Shown here: piece after piece, positions 27,167-36,031 of the stretch
How the letters are laid out: each line of letters opens with the position of its first letter
Position numbering within the stretch: position 1 is the stretch's first letter
Assembly: GCA_048882485.1 (NCBI GenBank)
Contig: JBHLRP010000018.1
Location: 1 to 49,116, forward strand
From: Candidatus Thorarchaeota archaeon
Lineage (GTDB): Archaea > Asgardarchaeota > Thorarchaeia > Thorarchaeales > Thorarchaeaceae
Direction: 5' to 3'
Length of the DNA: 49,116 nucleotides
Translations under genes and position numbers: made by a program
Notes under the pieces: model-generated
The model's database searches: none
Told to the model about the DNA's origin: nothing
The model's input: only the letters and a program-made list of their open reading frames with translations

Positions 27167-27803
27167 TTCCTTTACCTACTTTGCGATGCGATCGGAGGAG
27201 ACGGTGCCACTCTTCTCGCAGCTTTTGATATTCCGAATCTTCTTCCAGAGAAAAGCGACGCACGATTCGGGACGCGTCGCCTCTAACGGAAGTGGGGAGC
27301 TTGCGATACCCCTTCTCATCTGCAATAGGCAGTTGTGAGGTCACCGCATTCTCCCTTTCAATCAACTTTCTCAAAACGTCCATAGCCTTCTCTTCCTGAG
27401 ACTCTGGAATCTCTATGCCATAGACCGAGAGGCTTCTTACAATGGACTCGAGTCTTTTCTTGGCAAACTGTGCAACTCCACCATTAGCTTCCATCATTCC
27501 GCTAATACCCAGACGGTATTCTTTGGCTGTTGCACGGTAATACCTTTGAACTATACCTGTTGTCGTCATCTCCGTGCGTTCTTGAACGACAACGCCTATG
27601 TCCTGCAGCTTCTGTATGTGATGGAGGATTGTGCCAGGGTTCTTATCGAGTTCTTCCGACAGCTGTTTGACAGTGTAAGAACTATTCACCAAGTATTGGA
27701 AGACAATGGCAGCTCTTGTTGGTTCGAAGAGAACCTTGATCTTATTGGCGTCCGTGATGACCTCTAAGTCCTTCACAGGAACTGTAGTTGATCCATTTTC
27801 CAC
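27159..27803 (-). CDS. ArsR/HTH_20-like winged-helix transcriptional regulator with C-terminal helical domain
   Basis: FEPTRAAIV...YTVKQLSEELDKNPGTILHHIQKLQDIGVV...GIVQRYYRATA. Confidence 0.88.
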   Translation of the reverse strand: MENGSTTVPVKDLEVITDANKIKVLFEPTRAAIVFQYLVNSSYTVKQLSEELDKNPGTILHHIQKLQDIGVVVQERTEMTTTGIVQRYYRATAKEYRLGISGMMEANGGVAQFAKKRLESIVRSLSVYGIEIPESQEEKAMDVLRKLIERENAVTSQLPIADEKGYRKLPTSVRGDASRIVRRFSLEEDSEYQKLREEWHRLLRSHRKVGKGND

Positions 27804-27806
27804 GAT

Positions 27807-28739
27807 TCATATACCTCCAACAAGACTGACATCCGGCTCATTCTCACCTACAGCTGAAATCTCAATGCCGCTGAGAATCATGTAGAGTCTACTGAGAGCA
27901 ATCACCAAAGCTGGAAGAACAATAAGCACCAGAATGAATCCGGCGATGACTGCGTAGATTGCGAAAAAGATGAAATCAGCCCCTAAGGATGGCATTGCGA
28001 ATGCTGCAATCCCGAGACCTAGTGGGGCAAACATGACGATGATGATTAGGATGAACGTGAACCATGTAGAGAAGACTCTATCGAAGTATTTCATGGTCAG
28101 TCGTATTGACTGGCGTGTTGCATCAAGCACCGAGTAATTGTCAATAATAGCGGGAAATACCATGGTCATCATCCCAGATGAAAGCATGATCCAGAATGCA
28201 CTTAGAGAGGCTAGAACCGCGCTAGGAAGACCAGTGAGAACATATCCAGCTAGGAAGAGGCCCCCATATACTAGAAAGAGGGGTAGACCGATAATCACGA
28301 ACATGACGATCCCTCCACCTGCGAGAGAGAAGAATTTCTTGCGATACCAGACAAAGACACCTTCTGCACTTGTTCCTGCACTCTCAACAATCTCTCGACC
28401 CATTCCAAAGACAACACCAATAGCCACAAAGAACGGTGTCACTAGAAGCATTATTGCAAGGATTCCGAGAGTGGCAGCAGCAGGGTCTGGTTGTGCAACA
28501 AAGATTGCTTCCATTAAAACACCCAATGATTCAAAGAAGGCCACAAAACCCTGTGGTCCACCCATTGCAAATAGGAGAGGAATTGATACCACGGCGAAGC
28601 CAATCAACATGACGACCAGGGTCACAATGATGACTCCAATCATACCTAGAAGGAAAGAAAGGATGTTTCTCACAGCGAACTTGAAGCTCACCTTAAGGTC
28701 TTCCATCAATACTCCAATGCTTGCGTTTTTGTTGCTCAT
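27807..28739 (-). CDS. Uncharacterised multi-pass membrane protein (paralog of 28813-29721 and 38134-39057)
   Basis: About 6 TMs; EDLKVSFKFAVRN, REIVESAGTSAEGVFVWYRKKFF, FPAIID, FDRVFS. Confidence 0.8.
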   Translation of the reverse strand: MSNKNASIGVLMEDLKVSFKFAVRNILSFLLGMIGVIIVTLVVMLIGFAVVSIPLLFAMGGPQGFVAFFESLGVLMEAIFVAQPDPAAATLGILAIMLLVTPFFVAIGVVFGMGREIVESAGTSAEGVFVWYRKKFFSLAGGGIVMFVIIGLPLFLVYGGLFLAGYVLTGLPSAVLASLSAFWIMLSSGMMTMVFPAIIDNYSVLDATRQSIRLTMKYFDRVFSTWFTFILIIIVMFAPLGLGIAAFAMPSLGADFIFFAIYAVIAGFILVLIVLPALVIALSRLYMILSGIEISAVGENEPDVSLVGGI

Positions 28740-28812
28740 TGTATCACCCGAAGAAATTGTAGAGAGTGCCTCTTTGAAAAGTCATTCGAGGCACTCTCAG
28801 ATCAGAAACCTC

Positions 28813-29721
28813 CTATACAAAGGGGATAGGGAGAGGCTTCTGAGTTGCCACCTGACCACCGGTCATCTCAGCATAGGCTTTCGTGAACGCGAGGATAGTC
28901 ATAGGCAGCAGGACCAAGAGCCAAAGGAAAGTCACCAAGACTGTCCAGACCATGATAGTGATTGACACTGCATCAAACGCTACCATACCCGAAACGGGTA
29001 CAGTAAGACCCCAGACAATCATGGGACCATATGATGCAGCGAACAGTACAACTATGGCACTCAATAGACCATAGACATGGTCAAAGCGCTCTCGTGCTAG
29101 GCGGAAAGACTCCTTGAAGGCCGCCTGGACGCCCTTGCCGTATGTGATGGCAGGGAACACCATCGAGCATAGACCCACTGTGAAGAAGACCCAGACGAAT
29201 GTAGAGACAGAGAGGAGAGTAGAATATGCGGCAGGTATGGTGTATCCATTAAGTATTGATACCGAGCCCCAGAGAATCATAGGAGGAATCACAATGATTA
29301 ATGTCAGAACGGCGCTAGCACCTCCAAAGGTCAAGAACTTGTGCCTGAACCAAGAGAAGGCTCTCTCAGCCTTGGTCTCACCATGAGCGACTAGATCCTT
29401 GCTCATGCCGTATATTGAACCAACCACTGTGAGGAACAAGGCTATGAACGGAATAAGGAATAAAATCGCTACTCCACCCACTGCCCAAGGATTGCTCTCA
29501 GCCCAAGCCGCGAGGCCCAAGCCAATTGCTTCCCATGCCACTGGACTGGTTCCAACCATCAATAGCGCGGCAACAGCTATCGGTACCATCACTAGACCCA
29601 AAAGAAGGGCAACAGCAATCAGCATTCCTAGATTGGCTAGAAAATAACTGAGCATGTTTTCCCTTGCGAGCTTGAAGCTCGACTTGATGTCGTCAACAAG
29701 TGTGTTGAATGACTTAGACAT
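28813..29721 (-). CDS. Uncharacterised multi-pass membrane protein (paralog family)
   Basis: DDIKSSFKLAREN, YGMSKDLVAHGETKAERAFSWFRHKF, FPAIT, FDHVYG. ATG 29721 follows AGGTGA. Confidence 0.8.
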   Translation of the reverse strand: MSKSFNTLVDDIKSSFKLARENMLSYFLANLGMLIAVALLLGLVMVPIAVAALLMVGTSPVAWEAIGLGLAAWAESNPWAVGGVAILFLIPFIALFLTVVGSIYGMSKDLVAHGETKAERAFSWFRHKFLTFGGASAVLTLIIVIPPMILWGSVSILNGYTIPAAYSTLLSVSTFVWVFFTVGLCSMVFPAITYGKGVQAAFKESFRLARERFDHVYGLLSAIVVLFAASYGPMIVWGLTVPVSGMVAFDAVSITIMVWTVLVTFLWLLVLLPMTILAFTKAYAEMTGGQVATQKPLPIPFV

Positions 29722-29739
29722 TGTTTTCACCTAATTTTG

Positions 29740-30948
29740 TCAAACTTCCAAACTATCTGTCGTGTAAGCGCCCACCGACTCCGCAATCTCTCGGACTTCA
29801 TCAGGATGTCCAAAGAGTGCACAAGGGGTGTCCTCGTTTGTGAGGAGGTGCTCGTTCTCACGAATAGCTGTAAACAATGGACTGGCAAGTCCATCCCTGA
29901 AGGATGCAGTGGAGAGGTTGTGCGTGGCTAGATTGGAAACAGGACATGCGGTGAGATCGCCTGAAGGAGTGACGTGTGCGAATCCCCGGCCCGCAGATAC
30001 ACAGCCTCCGAAGTAGTCTTCATCTCCTGGAGAATGAATGACATAGAGGGAGTTCTCTCTGCGGTACTCGAGGACCCCAGATCGGAACTCATCCCTCTCC
30101 ACTGCTGTAAGCATCAGTTCAGACTTTTCGTTCATAGACTCGTGACCGGTTCCGGTCATGTTCTCATGCATCATCGGAATGTACTCAATGAACACTCCGA
30201 CCAAGACTCCTAGTTCCACATATCGGTCCAGGTTCTCTGGCATCATCCAGTATTGGTAGTTCTTTCTGGTTATCGTGACTGAAATTCCTGAAGGAACTCC
30301 GATGGACCTCAGCTTTGCCAGGGTCTCCAATGCCTGCTTGTGCACTCCCTTACCTCGCCGGGAATCGGTGAGCTCTTCACTACCCTCAACGCTGACAATA
30401 ACAGCGATGTTCTTTGTCTTCTTTAGGCGTGCGTAGTCATTAACTGTAAGGGCAGTTCCGTTGGTTAGGATGATGAAGAATCGATCATCGAACTCCTCGC
30501 ATAGTTGGACAAGTCCACGAAACAGGAAGGGCTCACCGCCGGCTATGATAAAGGAGAATACCCCAAGTTCGCTTGCATCTGCAATGATGTCACGCCACTG
30601 GTTGTAGTTGAGAACTGGCCTAGTCTGCGAACAGTCCGTAGGACGTCTGCTCTCAAGTGTGCCTACTGCAGCGGCATAGCATCCAACGCAGCTCAAGTTG
30701 CATTGTGAGGTGATGCTGAGAATTAAGAAGGGAGGGACTCTCAGTCCAGACTTCAATGCCTCTTGCCTAAGCTTCTCAGTCCTTCTATACGAGCGTGCAA
30801 GTCTGAGGCCAGCTCTGAGGTACCGTGGATGGCGTGCTACCCACGGCATAAAGAGGCGCGTCATGTTTGAGTCAAGACCGTCAAAGACTCGATCCACGAG
30901 CCCTTTTGGTCGGATTCCATTGGCGTGCTGTTTGAGAGTTGTTACCAT
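29740..30948 (-). CDS. Radical SAM protein with SPASM/Twitch-like C-terminus
   Basis: CNLSCVGC (CxxxCxxC), GGEPF, TNGT, GGCVSAGRGFAHVTPSGDLTACP, late PC. Confidence 0.9.
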   Translation of the reverse strand: MVTTLKQHANGIRPKGLVDRVFDGLDSNMTRLFMPWVARHPRYLRAGLRLARSYRRTEKLRQEALKSGLRVPPFLILSITSQCNLSCVGCYAAAVGTLESRRPTDCSQTRPVLNYNQWRDIIADASELGVFSFIIAGGEPFLFRGLVQLCEEFDDRFFIILTNGTALTVNDYARLKKTKNIAVIVSVEGSEELTDSRRGKGVHKQALETLAKLRSIGVPSGISVTITRKNYQYWMMPENLDRYVELGVLVGVFIEYIPMMHENMTGTGHESMNEKSELMLTAVERDEFRSGVLEYRRENSLYVIHSPGDEDYFGGCVSAGRGFAHVTPSGDLTACPVSNLATHNLSTASFRDGLASPLFTAIRENEHLLTNEDTPCALFGHPDEVREIAESVGAYTTDSLEV

Positions 30949-30964
30949 TTCGCTTCACAACATG

Positions 30965-31047
30965 AACGTTTGGTACATATCAAACATAGCCGCTTTTGCT
31001 TATAAAGTGTTTGATAAACGCCAAACGTTACATAATTTGCAAACGTT
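30965..31047. promoter_or_regulatory. Promoter with three palindromic operator-like sites GTTTG-N8-CAAAC around a TATA box
   Basis: Sites at 30968-30985 and 31009-31026 (both exact) and 31027-31044 (GTTAC-N8-CAAAC). CTTATAAA at ~30999-31006 reads TTTATAAG on the - strand and lies between the first two sites. Confidence 0.65.
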
Positions 31048-31115
31048 TAAATTCTATTGAGTGGCAACCAGCATAAGCTCCTATGGAAGTCATATCATAG
31101 GGGAGATGACTAATC

Positions 31116-31574
31116 ATGAAGCACGCACTAGTAATCTATGACACAACCTTCGGAAACACAAAGCTGCTCGCTGAAGAGATTGCAGCTGGGATAGAAGACG
31201 CTGGAGATACCACCTGCACAGTCAAACATCACAAGGACCTGAACGGGTGTGACATTGGAAAGTTTGATGTTTTCCTCTTTGGTGGCCCCATTCATGCAGC
31301 AATGGCAACTCGTGGAATCAAAGGCGCAATCAAGAAAGCTGCTAAGAAGGGACTCGGTGGCAAGTTTGTGAGCACGTTCGATACTCACATGGGGCAGGTA
31401 GGAAGAGGTGTGAAGAACATGGAATCTTTATTGACCAAGATTGCGCCCGATGCACGCCTTATAACTCCAGGATTCTCTTGCCGCGTGGAGGGCTTTCGAG
31501 GCCCTCTCAGAGAAGAGGAGCTTCCGCAGGCACGTGAGTTTGGAAAGACAATTGGGCTGGAAATTCTTCAATAG
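31116..31574 (+). CDS. Flavodoxin-family protein
   Basis: IYDTTFGNTKLLAEEI (FMN phosphate loop), LFGGPI, STFDT, GPLREEELPQAREFGK. Confidence 0.88.
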   Translation: MKHALVIYDTTFGNTKLLAEEIAAGIEDAGDTTCTVKHHKDLNGCDIGKFDVFLFGGPIHAAMATRGIKGAIKKAAKKGLGGKFVSTFDTHMGQVGRGVKNMESLLTKIAPDARLITPGFSCRVEGFRGPLREEELPQAREFGKTIGLEILQ

Positions 31575-31685
31575 CTCACTAGTAGAGTGGACATGTATTA
31601 TGTCTGCTCTGTCTCTTGTTTTTGGGATTTCTTGAATTGATAGAGTGGAAATACAATCCACTGGCAAGACGATACTGTAGAGTGG

Positions 31686-31838
31686 TCATGCGATGATACC
31701 ACGACCGTCAGCTATGCGATGTGTGGAACCAGCCGCCATAGCATGTGTCTTGCCAGTAGGAGCTAATCCACGATATTCACCTGTGTGAGCCCCGGTGAGT
31801 TCCACCCGAATACATCCATTATCTCCTTCAGCAGTTAT
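31686..31838 (-). pseudogene. Truncated SnoaL-like ester cyclase remnant (C-terminal half only)
   Basis: Manual translation ITAEGDNGCIRVELTGAHTGEYRGLAPTGKTHAMAAGSTHRIADGRGIIA* matches the AEGD.V..R.T.TGTHTGE..G.APTGK pattern. There is no in-frame start before the upstream in-frame TAA at 31857-31859. Confidence 0.75.
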
Positions 31839-31839
31839 A

Positions 31840-33048
31840 CTACAGAACCGCCGGCATTATGAATGTGTCAATGAGCAGACTATCGACAGGACCAGACCAG
31901 ACCAAATCATTTGGATCATTGGCAGTGAAGACCACCACGATATCATAGTCTGGTATTACGATTATCCGCTGTGTGTTTGCCCCGAATGCTTGATAGTATT
32001 TGCCAGGAGTGACCCACCAGAGATATCCATAATGAATTGGGAATACTCCGAACAGGAATTTGTCGATTAGAGCACTCGTTGATGTTTCAGCCCATTCTTC
32101 TGAAATGACTTGTCTTCCACGCCACTTTCCCTCATTCAAGAGCATCAATCCAATGCGTGCCATCCCTCTATGTGTCATGAAAAGCCCGAATCCCCCGTGA
32201 TACTTAATTGCAGGATCTTCTGTTCCCCATGCTGAAGGCCCATACATCCAGTCCCATTCACTATCTCGGATTTTAAGGTGTCTGAATAGGTATTTTCTGG
32301 CGAATTGAGCCACTGTCATCCCAGTCGTCTCTGCGATGATCACTGACAGCATTTCTGCGTTTCCACTTGAATATGTCCAAGCGTAAGGATCGTCTGTTCC
32401 TGGCAGATAATCCATTGGTTTCGTTAGATAGTAATCAAGACTAAAACCGGTAGCACCCCATTCCATGTTGGTTACCGGATCGAACTCATTCCATTGAATA
32501 CCAACGTTTTGTAGTAGTAGATTCTCAACGGTTATGTCTCTCTTGGCATCAAGAAACACAGGATCACCATATTTCGCAGAATCCCACCTGTCAGGGAAAA
32601 CATCGAAAAATTTGGTGTCTATGTCGAAAAATCCCTTTTCAATAGCTATCCCCGCAAGCAAAGATACAACAGATTTTGTAACACTCCAAACCGCATGCAG
32701 TCTGCCGTCTCTGAGTTCCCAATATGGATCGGCCTCCGGCCAGTAGTAGCTCTTTTCTTCCAGCCGTACGGAGCTATAGAGATATTCCTCATTGATTATG
32801 TACCCATTGCGAACAATCAGCACACTTTGAATATTGATCTCATTTGCTTCGATGAAGCCATACATTTCCTCTATCTTACCTGAATCCATACCCTGTGCTT
32901 CAGGGGTGGTTTCCCTCCAGTTATTCCAGCTTGGCCAATTCCGAGGCCTGGCACATGCAAGTGCTTGAGAAGGTAAAAGACCGAGGAAGATGATAGCGGT
33001 AAAAGATAGTCCTAATATAATCAATTTTGCATTATGCTTCATAAGCAC
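31840..33048 (-). CDS. Secreted serine hydrolase, beta-lactamase class C/NylB-like family
   Basis: Signal peptide, TPEAQGMD, WSVTKS (SxxK), ITVENLL, WTYSSG, MARIGLMLLNEGKWRGRQVIS, YGYLWW. Confidence 0.88.
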   Translation of the reverse strand: MLMKHNAKLIILGLSFTAIIFLGLLPSQALACARPRNWPSWNNWRETTPEAQGMDSGKIEEMYGFIEANEINIQSVLIVRNGYIINEEYLYSSVRLEEKSYYWPEADPYWELRDGRLHAVWSVTKSVVSLLAGIAIEKGFFDIDTKFFDVFPDRWDSAKYGDPVFLDAKRDITVENLLLQNVGIQWNEFDPVTNMEWGATGFSLDYYLTKPMDYLPGTDDPYAWTYSSGNAEMLSVIIAETTGMTVAQFARKYLFRHLKIRDSEWDWMYGPSAWGTEDPAIKYHGGFGLFMTHRGMARIGLMLLNEGKWRGRQVISEEWAETSTSALIDKFLFGVFPIHYGYLWWVTPGKYYQAFGANTQRIIVIPDYDIVVVFTANDPNDLVWSGPVDSLLIDTFIMPAVL

Positions 33049-33264
33049 ATCCTCCCGTCTAATCTTTATAATATCCTTTTAATAAAGAACAATAGCGCCA
33101 AAAGTATAGTTCAATAGTGAATATAGTGTGTGATGATTATGCGAATTCACTAGATTCTCAGTACAGATAAAGTGTGAATTCTCACCTTTTTTTCAAGAAT
33201 GTGACGATAAATAAAAAGGCAACATGTTTTTCATCATCTCTTACACATTGTTGAGGCGGTAGGG

Positions 33265-33993
33265 ATGAAGTCATTAGGCTCGATAACGAAGTACTATCCT
33301 TTCGTGGACCCAGGATCGCGAATCATGCTTGAAAATACAATGGATGCCGCGTCTAACTACAAGGATTTTGTAAGGCGTTTTTGTGGTGCAGTGATATCTG
33401 AAGAAAGCCACGAAGAACGTGTGTACCTCGCTGCGAGGCTTGCTTTGCATTATGGTGGAATCAACACTATCCCCAGACTTGTCAAGAGATATCCCAGTGC
33501 AGTACTGGCTCGCCCGTACTACCTCTTGCATCTGAGACACAACTATGGTGAAATGCCACTGATGAGGGTGGCGGATTCAATTACTGAAGGGTTGGATACA
33601 AATCCTGAAAACTGGATTCGTCTAGATTTGATTCTTCGACTCTGGCAATGTTACAATGCGATAAAAGACGTGAGTGAATTGAGGAAAGCCAATCAGCAAA
33701 TGCGCGAGCTGATTCAGTCCTATGTAGAGCTTGAGTGCTTCATTCCGGGGATATATCACGTCATGATGCAAGGGCGTAAGGAAAGCGAAACAGATGAAGA
33801 AGCATTGAATGATGTTTTGAAACTGGCCCGCAAGTATGATGACCAAGTTGTAATGGCAAGGCTCTTCGCTATGAATGCAAGCGTCATTAGAGAAACAGAT
33901 GAAGCACTTGCGGAGAAATGTTTCCATTTTGCTCGAGAATTAGACGAGGATCTTGGCCTAGACCCCAAGAGCGTTTATTCCCTGTCCATCTAG
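33265..33993 (+). CDS. Hypothetical alpha-helical protein (possibly a truncated TPR-like family member)
   Basis: 242-aa ORF with helical character. The N-terminal LGSITKYYPFVD resembles a paralog family I recall from Thorarchaeia (unverified). Confidence 0.6.
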   Translation: MKSLGSITKYYPFVDPGSRIMLENTMDAASNYKDFVRRFCGAVISEESHEERVYLAARLALHYGGINTIPRLVKRYPSAVLARPYYLLHLRHNYGEMPLMRVADSITEGLDTNPENWIRLDLILRLWQCYNAIKDVSELRKANQQMRELIQSYVELECFIPGIYHVMMQGRKESETDEEALNDVLKLARKYDDQVVMARLFAMNASVIRETDEALAEKCFHFARELDEDLGLDPKSVYSLSI

Positions 33994-34061
33994 ATTCTAT
34001 GCCAAGGCAAATGAACTCGTGAACAGATGTAGATAGCAGGGGAGAATGCATTAATCGTGTA

Positions 34062-34286
34062 TCAAAGGACTATCCAAGTTTCTGTGTTGATAATTCCCTT
34101 CAAGCCGTGGACCCGATCTAACATCAGTCTCAGGTCATTTGCTGAGGGCACCTCTGCATAAGCCACTAGATCATAGGGACCCGTGATTACCAGAGCCTCT
34201 TTTATTCCGTCAATCCTCTCAATGGCACGCTGCAGTTCCCACATCTCTCCAGATTTGGCTCGTATCAGAACATAGGCCTTTGGCAT
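34062..34286 (-). CDS. Stand-alone Lrp/AsnC ligand-binding (RAM) domain protein
   Basis: MPKAYVLI...EALVITGPYDLVAYAE...GIINTETWIV. Confidence 0.88.
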   Translation of the reverse strand: MPKAYVLIRAKSGEMWELQRAIERIDGIKEALVITGPYDLVAYAEVPSANDLRLMLDRVHGLKGIINTETWIVL

Positions 34287-34618
34287 CGCATGCTTCTCCA
34301 AGCAGATATGTCATAATCATATACGACCTTGGTGATAAAGCCTTCATTTTGCCAACTCTATGTATCAGATGTGGCTCTCAAGCACATTTCCAGGCAAATC
34401 AGAGACTCCATATGTGCTCGTTGTCTTCTTGAACGTGGCTCCTCAACTACCACACCTGAGGGGCTAACGCGTCACTGGTGGCCTGGCAGGGATGCAAGAA
34501 TCACTGGTGACGCACCTAGCATGAATTCATCTGACTCTACTTCTATTAAGGCACTAGTTCTGATAGGCATCTAAGGAATGCAAATGTTAATTATTCCGCT
34601 TCGACATTGCTGGCGGCT

Positions 34619-35095
34619 ATGCCAGACAACGACTTCGATGAAATTCTGACACAAGCCTACAAGCGAATGCACAGATACACATGTGCTGAGGCATCACTAC
34701 AAGCAATGCTAAAACTCTGGGACATGAATGAACCACATTTATCCTGGGCTACTGCAGGGTATATGGGCGGCATTCTATCCGGTGAAACAACCTGTGGCCT
34801 GTTGATTGGGAGTTGTGCCGCGATTGGTTTCAGATGCGGACAAGGAAAAGATTCTGTACCTGAAGACCATCCAGAAGCGAGAGGGACAGCTATTCAAGCT
34901 GTCACTGAATTGTATGAAGAGTTCAAGGAGAAATTTGGCAGCACAACCTGCAAGACGCTGAGCAAGGTCGATTTCAGCGATGGCGACCAGCTTGGTGAAT
35001 ACATAATGGAGAAGAAGTGGAAATCCACATGTGACATCTTCTTAGGCTACACTATTAGGAAATTGACCTCCATGGTTGAAGATGGGAAACTCTGA
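34619..35095 (+). CDS. C-GCAxxG-C-C family putative redox protein
   Basis: TCAEA...GYMGG...TCGLLIG...FGSTTCK...TC. Confidence 0.82.
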   Translation: MPDNDFDEILTQAYKRMHRYTCAEASLQAMLKLWDMNEPHLSWATAGYMGGILSGETTCGLLIGSCAAIGFRCGQGKDSVPEDHPEARGTAIQAVTELYEEFKEKFGSTTCKTLSKVDFSDGDQLGEYIMEKKWKSTCDIFLGYTIRKLTSMVEDGKL

Positions 35096-35098
35096 TTC

Positions 35099-35393
35099 TC
35101 ATCCTTCTGTGGAAATATTGTAAGCCTTGACCATCCGAGGCATTACTAGATCCCGTATTAGGACTCAGCCGCTAGAAGTGACGTTTTCCCACGAATACGG
35201 AGAACAGCATTGAGCAGTTTGGGACCGTATTTCAGTTTGGGGTCGAGTATCTCGATTTCAGGATAGTTCATCTCGGTAATGTCAAGAATTCGTTTCTCCA
35301 TGTGTTCCACATCATCGAGTCGATCTTCTTCGGCTGTTTGAAGGACCTCCCACTAGATATCGTGTGTTCGTTTAGTTTTCCGGGCTCTCGCAT
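35099..35393 (-). pseudogene. Probable decayed gene remnant (internal deletion and frameshifts)
   Basis: Protein-like segments in alternating frames: MREPGKLNEHT; *WEVLQTAEEDRLDDVEHMEKRILDITEMNYPEIEILDPKLKYGPKLLNAVLRIRGK; LIRDLVMPRMVKAYNISTEG*. They fill an otherwise empty 400-bp gap. Confidence 0.4.
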
Positions 35394-35497
35394 AGCAGAC
35401 AGTCTAACTACCCTCTTATTGACTCAAAACTCCGATACACCCCCATGCTAGCACATAAATCCTGCCACCCCATTTTCTAGCCAAGAGGAGAAAGACC

Positions 35498-35959
35498 ATG
35501 ACGAATGTGCTTGTTATTTATGACTCAAAATTCGGAAACACAAAGAAGCTCGCTGAGGAGATTGCCGCAGGCATCCAGGAGGCAGGAGATATAAAGTGCA
35601 AAGTAGAAAACATCAAGGATTTCGACAGAGGAGAGGTGACAGCCTTTGATGCGGTTCTATTCGGAGGTCCGGTACGTGTTATGAGAGCGACACGTGGAAT
35701 CACAGGGGCAATAAAGAAGGCAGCAAAAGATGGGCTGGATGGAAAGCTAGTGACTACTTTCGAGACCTATATGGGCAATCATAATGGAAAAGCCTTGAGA
35801 AAGATGGAAGAACTACTGATGAAGAAGGCACCGGGTGCTCGAATTGTTTCTCCTGGATTCTCAGCTCTTGTTGATGGGTATGAGGGCCCGCTAAACGGTG
35901 AAGATGCAGTGAAAGGGAAAGAGTTTGGTAGGACATTTGGACAAGAATTACTCCAATAA
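35498..35959 (+). CDS. Flavodoxin-family protein (paralog of 31116-31574)
   Basis: IYDSKFGNTKKLAEEIAAGI, LFGGPV, ATRGITGAIKKAAK, TTFET; GAGGAG RBS. Confidence 0.88.
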   Translation: MTNVLVIYDSKFGNTKKLAEEIAAGIQEAGDIKCKVENIKDFDRGEVTAFDAVLFGGPVRVMRATRGITGAIKKAAKDGLDGKLVTTFETYMGNHNGKALRKMEELLMKKAPGARIVSPGFSALVDGYEGPLNGEDAVKGKEFGRTFGQELLQ

Positions 35960-36031
35960 TCATATTCAAGCTAGAATTCATATTAGAGCTGACAGTAGGT
36001 CCTTGTGATTTAATCCCTGGAGGATGCAGAA

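Noticed and set aside
28138-28965. 275-aa + strand ORF
   Set aside because: Antisense shadow of two membrane-protein genes that have clear paralogs; its Thr/Ile/Pro/Arg-rich composition is what the reverse of hydrophobic codons gives.
29740-31115. RiPP cluster around the radical SAM/SPASM gene
   Set aside because: No plausible precursor peptide, PqqD/RRE domain or dedicated peptidase/exporter is adjacent.
34329-34574. 81-aa + strand ORF
   Set aside because: TTG start, no recognisable motif, and it overlaps the likely divergent promoter region and the hairpins.
34619-35095. Selenoprotein (this family has Sec-containing members)
   Set aside because: All motif positions are Cys codons and there is no in-frame TGA before the normal C-terminus.
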